The notes beneath the pieces were generated by a model. That model was not told the origin of the DNA, searched no databases, and was given only the letters and a program-made list of their open reading frames with translations. The translations under genes were made by a program, and so were the position numbers. From positions 87,160,072 to 87,179,213 of the forward strand of contig JANKJI020000002.1 of assembly GCA_024626585.2 (NCBI GenBank): 19,142 bases of DNA. Reading direction: 5' to 3'. The DNA is from Ginkgo biloba (Eukaryota > Plantae > Ginkgophyta). Position 1 is the stretch's first letter. The number at the start of each line of letters is the position of its first letter. Below are positions 12,944 to 19,142 of this stretch, one piece after another.

Positions 12944-13463
12944 TGGATAAAAATGCCTCTCTCTTCTTAACTAGGATTTTACCTTTTATATGGAATGGAT
13001 ATATGATAAAGAGGATGATCTTCTACTATCTTCTTGGGAATCAATTTACAAAGAGGATGTTTGGCTAAAGTGGATTGATTTACATGAATCTATATTCCTA
13101 GACCCTCTATTCAAAGAAAGTTTAAGTATTATTATCCCTGGAACTAGAACTCGATACATACTAACAATCAAATCTATTGTAAGCTTTATAACTACATTTA
13201 GAGTTGGATCTAGAGTTAGTACATTTAGGTAATAATGCTATTTTTTCTTTTAAGCTATTGTTTCCCAATATTATAAGTATTTTTGGAGTTATTAAAAACA
13301 CTTCAAATATGTCTAATTATGAGGGATAAGGTTTTTAATATCAACATTATTCTACATTTCAACGATTTTCGAACCTTGGATAATCCATTTTAGTCACCAC
13401 ACATACAAAATTTAACCCCCATCGCCAACAATCGGTTAACTTAACTGAGCTTGGCTTGCTGTG

Positions 13464-13470
13464 TATAAAA
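13464..13470 (+). promoter_or_regulatory. TATA box of the HAD hydrolase gene
   Basis: TATAAAA lies 107 nt upstream of the ATG, inside the CpG-retaining island. It predicts a TSS near 13495 and a ~75-nt 5' UTR. Confidence 0.6.
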
Positions 13471-13570
13471 ATCATTCACACTCTAGCGTTCTGTATTGAC
13501 TTCGTCGGCAGGTCTGCAAACCCTGGTGCTGTTGTTCGGTTGTTCTTCCAACTCTTGCGAATTTAACAAC

Positions 13571-13723
13571 ATGGCATCTGCAGGCAGGGTATTGGTGACC
13601 TTCGACGTGGACGGAACACTGATGCAAAGTTCCGGAACAGCGGCCAATAAACTGCATCGCCGGGCCTTCTCCCACGCCTTCCATGAGGTGTTTGGCATCG
13701 ACGGCACCATCGATGCCATCCAG
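13571..13723 (+). CDS. First coding exon (51 codons) of a haloacid dehalogenase-like (HAD superfamily) hydrolase/phosphatase; partial gene
   Basis: MASAGRVLVTFDVDGTLMQSSGTAANKLHRRAFSHAFHEVFGIDGTIDAIQ contains HAD motif I (hhhFDxDGTL) followed by a C1-cap-like helix. The ATG context AACAACATGGC is strong, with an in-frame upstream TAG at 13484. GC/CpG-rich composition ends at a phase-0 donor CAG|GTTATT (13723/13724). Confidence 0.92.
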
Positions 13724-14453
13724 GTTATTCACAATGCTGCAATGTTTGGATACATATAAATCATCCAAGAACCTTAAATAATTTGCAAAATTGCTGTAGA
13801 ACTTCTTGAATATGAAGTCTATTAATTTTTCGTGCGAACAACAAAGGGCTAAGAGGCATTTCTAATAACGGATCGAATGATCAATTTTTATGATTGTGAA
13901 ATTCGGAAGTTATAATGTGCTGAGAATGTCGATCATTTTCTTTGCAATGCCTTACTGTGATTTTCCTGTTCAGTTTGTTATGTCATCGTCTGACCTTTAT
14001 CATTCTGGTACTCTTTTATTGTACGACGACTACATAAACTGGGCTTTGATCTAGAAGCGAAGAATGTTGCTGGTCAAGAGTTCTTTTTTTGCGCAGTCAT
14101 ATTAATGTGTGATTTCATAAAGGCCTACATTTGCTAGGTGGATCATTGGATGTATCCATATCGAAACTAGGCTCTGCAATACCTTTATCCCTATGATTTA
14201 CATCTTTGAATAGAGGTTAAGGCACAAAAATTATAATATATTTTTTAGAGAATATTTATTTCTTAATACTAATCTGGAGTTTTATTTCCTCTTATGGTTT
14301 ATATAGTTAAAAAAAAAAATCATTGTATCTATGTAAGATTATCTATGTGTTCNNNNNNNNNNNNNNNNNNNNNNNNNNNNNNNNNNNNNNNNNNNNNNNN
14401 NNNNNNNNNNNNNNNNNNNNNNNNNNNNNNNNNNNNNNNNNNNNNNNNNNNNT

Positions 14454-15875
14454 TCAAGAGTTTACATTAAAAATCATTGTGAAACTAGGAAAGAATTATG
14501 TGGTCCTTGATCAATTGTTATGCATTGAGATGGGCAAAGATGTCATCAAAATTAATGATGACTTCCTAGATACCATCTTGATTTGTGTTGAAATTGGTCC
14601 AGAGTAGTATGCTGGCATTGTTGAATATTTGTGTATTGGCCAAACGCCCCCAGGACTCAATAAGTTAAAACGAAAAAGGATTGCATGAAAAGCCCTTCCC
14701 TATCAGCTTGTAGGAAGAGTTTTATTCTAGTTAGGACTCTATCATATTCTATGCCAATGTGTAGTACTGCATAAGGTCTCTAATATCATTCGCTAGGCAC
14801 ATGAAGGCCTAAGAGGAGGACATGTGGCCGATAATGCNNNNNNNNNNNNNNNNNTAATGCCATGGTGTGAAAAATATTACACGTTGGACTGTGGTGACCA
14901 ACATTGTTTGATGATGTGAAGGAATGGGTTAAGAAATGCGATGTTTGTTAGAGAGTGGAAAAACCCAATTGACAAATGCGCCAACCTCTACATCCAATTC
15001 GAGTTATCACCCCTTTTGAGCATTGGTGAATTGACTTTGTAGGACCAATAAATCCTACAACACAAAGTACATGTGCAAGATACAGTCTTGCTGCTATAGA
15101 TGTTGTCACCAAATGGTTGTGAGCCTCGACTAGTTTGTGAATTAGATGCTATAACTACAACAATAATTTTATACCAGATGATTTTTATGAGATTCACCTA
15201 TCCCTTGCAACTAACGAGTAATCAAGGAGGAGAGATTATAATGAAGTTGTAAAAGATTTAACTGAAGAATTTATGATTGCGCATCCGAAACTCCACATCA
15301 TATTATCTGTAATGCAATGCCAAGCAAAAAGCTCCAATAAGATACTGAAAGGAACACTGAAGAAAATTTGTGATGTTGGAGGAATAGATTGGGCTGAAAA
15401 AAATCATTCAGTATTGTGGTCGTTTTTCACAATGCAAAAACATGCCATTGGGGAGATGCCGTTCCAATTATTGTATGGATTGGAGGCGATCATTCCCATG
15501 GAATTCGAAGTTCCTAGATGTAGAGTTGCAAAAGAATGTAGGCTAGGTGAAATGTAGTCAATTGTAGAACAATTACAACAATTACTATACCTAAGAGCAT
15601 TGTGCCTTAGCCTTATGGATGTTGGACGTAGAAAAGAGGCAATAGAAGGCATGGCATGACTGCCACATTTGAGAACCAACATTCCATAAAGGCAATAAGG
15701 TCCTATTGTACAATAGTAAATTTTGCACCAAGCCTAGTAAATTGAAGATGCATTGGCTTGGTGTCAACATCATTCAACGCATGAATTAGAATGCTTCAGT
15801 ACAACTATGACATATAGATGGGAAACTCTTACCAAATTGGTAACTGCTAATCACGTTAAGCGGTATCCAGTTTGA
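14454..15875 (+). pseudogene. Ty3/Gypsy pol relic: RNase H C-terminus plus integrase (non-chromovirus, Athila/Tat-like)
   Basis: QEFTLKIIVKLGKNYVVLDQL (end of RNase H); HEGLRGGH (14800) and W*PTLFDDVKEWVKKCDVC*R (HHCC zinc finger); W*IDFVGPINP (15024); LTSNQG; QAKSSNKIL; SVLWSF...GEMPFQLLYGLEAIIPMEF; KAWHD...KVLLYNSK...KLKMHWLG; ends VKRYPV* at 15875. The RH-INT order indicates Gypsy, and no chromodomain is seen. Confidence 0.93.
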
Positions 15876-16087
15876 ACACCTTGATGACAACCTTTGTACT
15901 TTCTATGTGTTGCAATATTGTGGACTATGGGCTTATTGCCTTTTGGTGTGTCTTTACTATTTTTTTCACTATGTTGGGTTGTAAGCTTGCAAGATTCAAA
16001 TACATGGTGCAATCTTAGGAGCTTAGGCCTTGTTCTATTTAAGTTTTCAATATCATACCTTGAGTTGAAAAGTGTTTTGAGATTAAT

Positions 16088-16565
16088 ACACATGGTGGGA
16101 TCTCATCATCAGAGCTCATTTCCTTTGGCCATACTATCTCCTTTACCCTCTCTTCCTATGTATCTATGAGTGGAAATGATTGGGAAACATGGCATGATCG
16201 GGTATCATCCTAAATGATTCATTTTTATGACAACCTTTTCATACTCTTATGTGAGTAGCCAAGACTAGAACACATGGTGGCATCTAGTGTCATCTTGACT
16301 AATGTTCTATGGTGATGACTTTATCCTTAACACTATGGGATCCATCGAGATTGGGACACATGTTATGATCTTGTGAGTTTGGGCCTTACTCTATTTCTTA
16401 AATCCTCTTCAAAGTTTTTAACTACCACGGGGAAGGATGTCAAGATATCTTTCCATATGGCATGATCTCATGGACTTAGATCTCACTTTGTTTTGGAAAA
16501 TCACTTCAAAGTTCTCAACTATCATGGGGAAGAGGTCATGACCTCTTTCCATGTGTCATCATCCT
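16088..16565. repeat. Degenerate repeat array with palindromic cores in the retroelement 3' non-coding region
   Basis: ACACATGGTGG.ATCT at ~16088 and ~16270; CTATG...GATTGGGA.ACATG..ATGATC at ~16164 and ~16333; 97-bp-period duplicate CTTCAAAGTT...AACTAYCAYGGGGAAG...TCTTTCCATRTG at 16407 and 16504. Confidence 0.7.
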
Positions 16566-17105
16566 ATATCCTACACAAAACTTTACAACACCCATAAAAA
16601 TCATCTTTTTATAAAAATCAAAGGAGCCATGCAATAAACTCTAGTGAAACATAGACTTCTTTTTGTTAAAATATTAAAGTATTCTAGACAACTTCGTTAG
16701 GTTCATGTCAAAAAATTGACTCTTTGAGAAACATGAAGACATAAAGTGTTGTGGAATTTTGAGGCATTATACAAGGGTGAATTGATCAGCAGATGGGATT
16801 CACTCAAACTCAAAGGATGAAATGAACACTTTCAATAGTTATAATCATATCTTAGGCAACATAACAGCATGAAAATATGAATATATCCCTTAAATTATTT
16901 ATGACACTNNNNNNNNNNNNNNNNNNNNNNNNNNNNNNNNNNNNNNNNNNNNNNNNNNNNNNNNNNNNNNNNNNNNNNNNNNNNNNNNNNNNNNNNNNNN
17001 NNNNNNNNGAAGATCCATAAAAACTTGAAAAAGAGTTAAAAATCCATAAAAATCCTAAAATGATGAAAACCCATAAAAAGCTGAAAAACATAAAAAACGA
17101 ATGGG

Positions 17106-17157
17106 TACGACCCCTCCCCAGTTTATCATTTATGATGATTGGCTACGACCCCTCCCC
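17106..17157. repeat. 14-bp exact direct repeat upstream of the PPT
   Basis: TACGACCCCTCCCC at 17106-17119 and 17144-17157. It is preceded by A-rich CCATAAAAA repeats at ~17010-17095. Confidence 0.85.
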
Positions 17158-17197
17158 CTTCCCTCGGACAAGGCAAGGGCGAACTTGATGACAACTT

Positions 17198-17211
17198 GGC
17201 TGGGGGCAACG
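17198..17211 (+). other. Polypurine-tract-like plus-strand primer site
   Basis: GGCTGGGGGCAACG immediately precedes the TG start of the LTR. A GGGGGC tract just before the 3' LTR is the arrangement seen in Tat/Ogre-type Gypsy elements. Confidence 0.6.
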
Positions 17212-18385
17212 TGTTAATCTCCTTCAAGAGTGAAAAAGATGTATTAAAGGAGGCTCAAAAATTGTTCGTGGGTAAGGGGGTAGGACTCATAGCTGGTCAC
17301 CCTTGCCTAATACTTGAGCCTTTTAAAATCTCTCTCATCGTGCTTGTGGGAGGGCACTTAAGATAATAATGTTTGGCGAGATGTTAGCAAAATATTGGTG
17401 ACATGGTGACAATGTGGTGCCGACGTAAAGAAGTCAGCAATCGGAGCACAATTATGTCAAATTTATGGCATAGAGACAACAAAATATGACTCATTTATGA
17501 CATGGCAGCAGACTATGATGACATTAACATCAAGAAATGAGGTAGCAGCATGGCGAAATCAGCCCAAAAATGATGACGTGGCAGCCTAGAAAGATGACGT
17601 GACTAAAAATGTACCACAGCATTGGGGATAGTGACGTCAGCTCTGTACGGCCTATTGAGGAGCAATAAATACAATGTCAGAGGCACAATAAATTTAGCAA
17701 TTATGACACCAGCAAATAAAAGCAAAGATAGTGCATTAATTACTGAAATATGATGTCAACAGATCCAAAGAATACAGCAGCAGCAATGGCACTGATTCCA
17801 GCCCTTGAAGATTGAATTTAATACTGAAGAAGGCACATTTATTGCTGAAAGCCAAATTCATTTAATGAGCAGAGCATTCATTGATAGCATTTATTGAACT
17901 CTAGATGCATTTATTACAGGCAAAATAACCTGCAATTAATGCTAACCTTAAGTCATATTTATTAGGGAAAACAAGGCATTAAATGTACATTAAATGAGGC
18001 CCATTAATTAGGGCATTTATGAAAGGGCATATGCATTGAACGTGTCATAATCTAGGGTTATGTCACTTAGGTTTGAAAGGACATATCATGTATTAAGAGA
18101 GAGAGAAACTTATAAATAGAAGAGAGAGAGTCGCTCCTAAATGTGAGAGCCAAGCATAGGCATATTTAGGGTTAGGTGTAAGAGGCCTTCCCCTAGCATT
18201 TGTAATTATGTACCATCATTAATTGAAGCAATAAATGAGGTTTGTACCCCAAATATTAGCTTGATGTTTGTGCACTACTTTTATGATGTTTTACTGTAAG
18301 TAATGCATTCTAAATCCTCTTGTATGAACGTTCTAACCTGTTGCTGATGGTGGGCTCAACACCTAGGACCCATTATTAGTCAACA
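17212..18385 (+). mobile_element. 3' LTR (1174 bp) with U3-R-U5 organisation
   Basis: Termini TGTTAAT... and ...GTCAACA (reverse complement TGTTGAC, two transitions from the 5' end). ACGT-element cluster at 17574-17639, TAGGGTTA telo-box-like motifs (~18053, ~18167), TATAAATAG at 18111 flanked by GA repeats, AATAAA at 18230, then GT-rich U5. Confidence 0.78.
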
Positions 18386-19142
18386 AGCAACACTTACAAT
18401 TTCATAAAATGACACAAGTGTTTTCCATGAACCAATTTCTACTGAAACCTGAATCTTGCCTGATTTGTTCAATCACTTCCGAACATCATTGTTTTAACCA
18501 AAACTTAACCAGATGAATTCTTGGTCAAGGCAAACACACTCAAACACTGGAAAAATGCAAAATTCTTCACTTCCCATATGCAATACTATGTGTTTAAACA
18601 TATGCCCACTCTGACAATATGCTGAGCAATGTGAAGCTGCAATTTGGTGGTTTATTAACACAGAAGAATGATGATTCTGCTGTTGGATTTCAACTAGTTT
18701 CAGATTTGTGAACAAAAGCTATGGCTTCATAAACACGATCATAAAAAGACTATCGACACACTTGCTCATAATTATTTTCTTGTAGTCATTTATTCTGACC
18801 ACTCTAAAACATGACTACATAAATTTAGAAAGCTACCTGCTATCAACTTTAAAGCTGGCTCATGTAACTGACTAATATGAATGACAACTGATGCCAACAC
18901 TAACTGATAGGAGAGAGTGATTGCTTTTACAGTGGTTCTAATCGGAACCTTGGACTACAAGATCAAAATGCAAAAGCAAAATTATTTATTGGCAGTGAGT
19001 TGCACGATTGTTAATGCTTTCCAAACCTCATATGCATATGGAATACACTATGTAAAGTATCTGCAATTAATGAATCATCCATGCAGAAGATAACTAATGG
19101 CATTGGATGAATGATGGACCTTATTGAAATCAGTATTCAATG

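Larger units (their letters stand above)
14454..18385 (+). mobile_element. 5'-truncated Gypsy LTR retrotransposon inside intron 1 (pol relic, ~1.3 kb 3' non-coding region, PPT, 3' LTR)
   Basis: Colinear arrangement of pol, non-coding spacer, GGGGGC tract and LTR. No matching 5' LTR, gag or RT is seen upstream. A 100-N gap at 16909-17008 means the pol-LTR linkage is inferred. Confidence 0.68.
13724..19142 (+). other. First intron of the HAD gene (over 5.4 kb, runs beyond the window)
   Basis: GT donor followed by T-rich non-coding sequence and TE insertions. No downstream exon with HAD motifs II-IV is recognisable in the window, although one could be hidden in the gaps. Confidence 0.65.

Noticed and set aside
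12990-13232. 80-aa ATG ORF upstream of the HAD promoter
   Set aside because: No recognisable domain, CG-depleted AT-rich composition and an internal AAAGAGGATG repeat. It is probably repeat-derived non-coding DNA.
13724-13759. Read-through of the HAD ORF to TAA at 13759 as a complete small protein
   Set aside because: It lacks HAD motifs II-IV, and composition changes at a good CAG|GT donor, so this part is intron.
13472-13768. Two antisense ORFs (98 and 78 aa) over the HAD exon
   Set aside because: They are shadows of a GC-rich coding exon with few reverse stops and have no recognisable motifs.
15894-16169. Hydrophobic 91-aa ORF after integrase as an env-like gene
   Set aside because: It is short, has a non-ATG start and is explained by T-rich composition. 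I cannot support env homology without a profile search.
16533-16544. AGGTCATGACCT, identical to the animal nuclear-receptor palindromic element
   Set aside because: The context is plant DNA, which lacks nuclear receptors. It is one core of the repeat array, and the sister unit differs.
16088-16565. CRISPR-like interpretation of the palindromic repeat array
   Set aside because: Eukaryotic TE context, degenerate repeats, palindromes in the variable part, irregular spacing and no cas genes.
660-17008. Regularly recurring N blocks, many exactly 10 or 100 nt
   Set aside because: These are assembly gap placeholders, not biology. They do limit confidence in adjacency and distances.
17177-17195. 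Hammerhead ribozyme suggested by CGAAC and TTGATGA
   Set aside because: The cores are non-canonical (need CUGANGA and GAAA), and their spacing leaves no room for the required stems.

Overview
AT-rich eukaryotic nuclear DNA from a gappy draft assembly (18 N-runs, many exactly 10 or 100 N). It most likely comes from a large-genome land plant; the repeat families and CG/CHG erosion suggest a gymnosperm or fern (inference). The only host-gene sequence I can support is the first coding exon of a HAD-superfamily hydrolase (13571-13723, +). It has a TATA promoter and sits in a small CpG-retaining island. Upstream is about 13 kb of heavily deaminated transposon debris: an L1-type LINE (+), an intron-containing Plant Mobile Domain (PMD) gene relic (-), a possible Copia fragment, a candidate solo LTR, a possible second LINE ORF1 fragment (-) and a Gypsy gag-protease relic (+). 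Downstream, the first intron (over 5.4 kb, exon 2 not in the window) carries a 5'-truncated, sense-oriented Gypsy element. That element has RNase H/integrase remnants, a long 3' non-coding region with palindromic repeat units, a PPT and an apparently complete 1.17 kb LTR. I found no convincing new biological system. The most interesting observations are the palindrome array, the intronic LTR, the methylation/deamination landscape and the PMD relic. All family assignments are from motif recognition by eye, not database searches.
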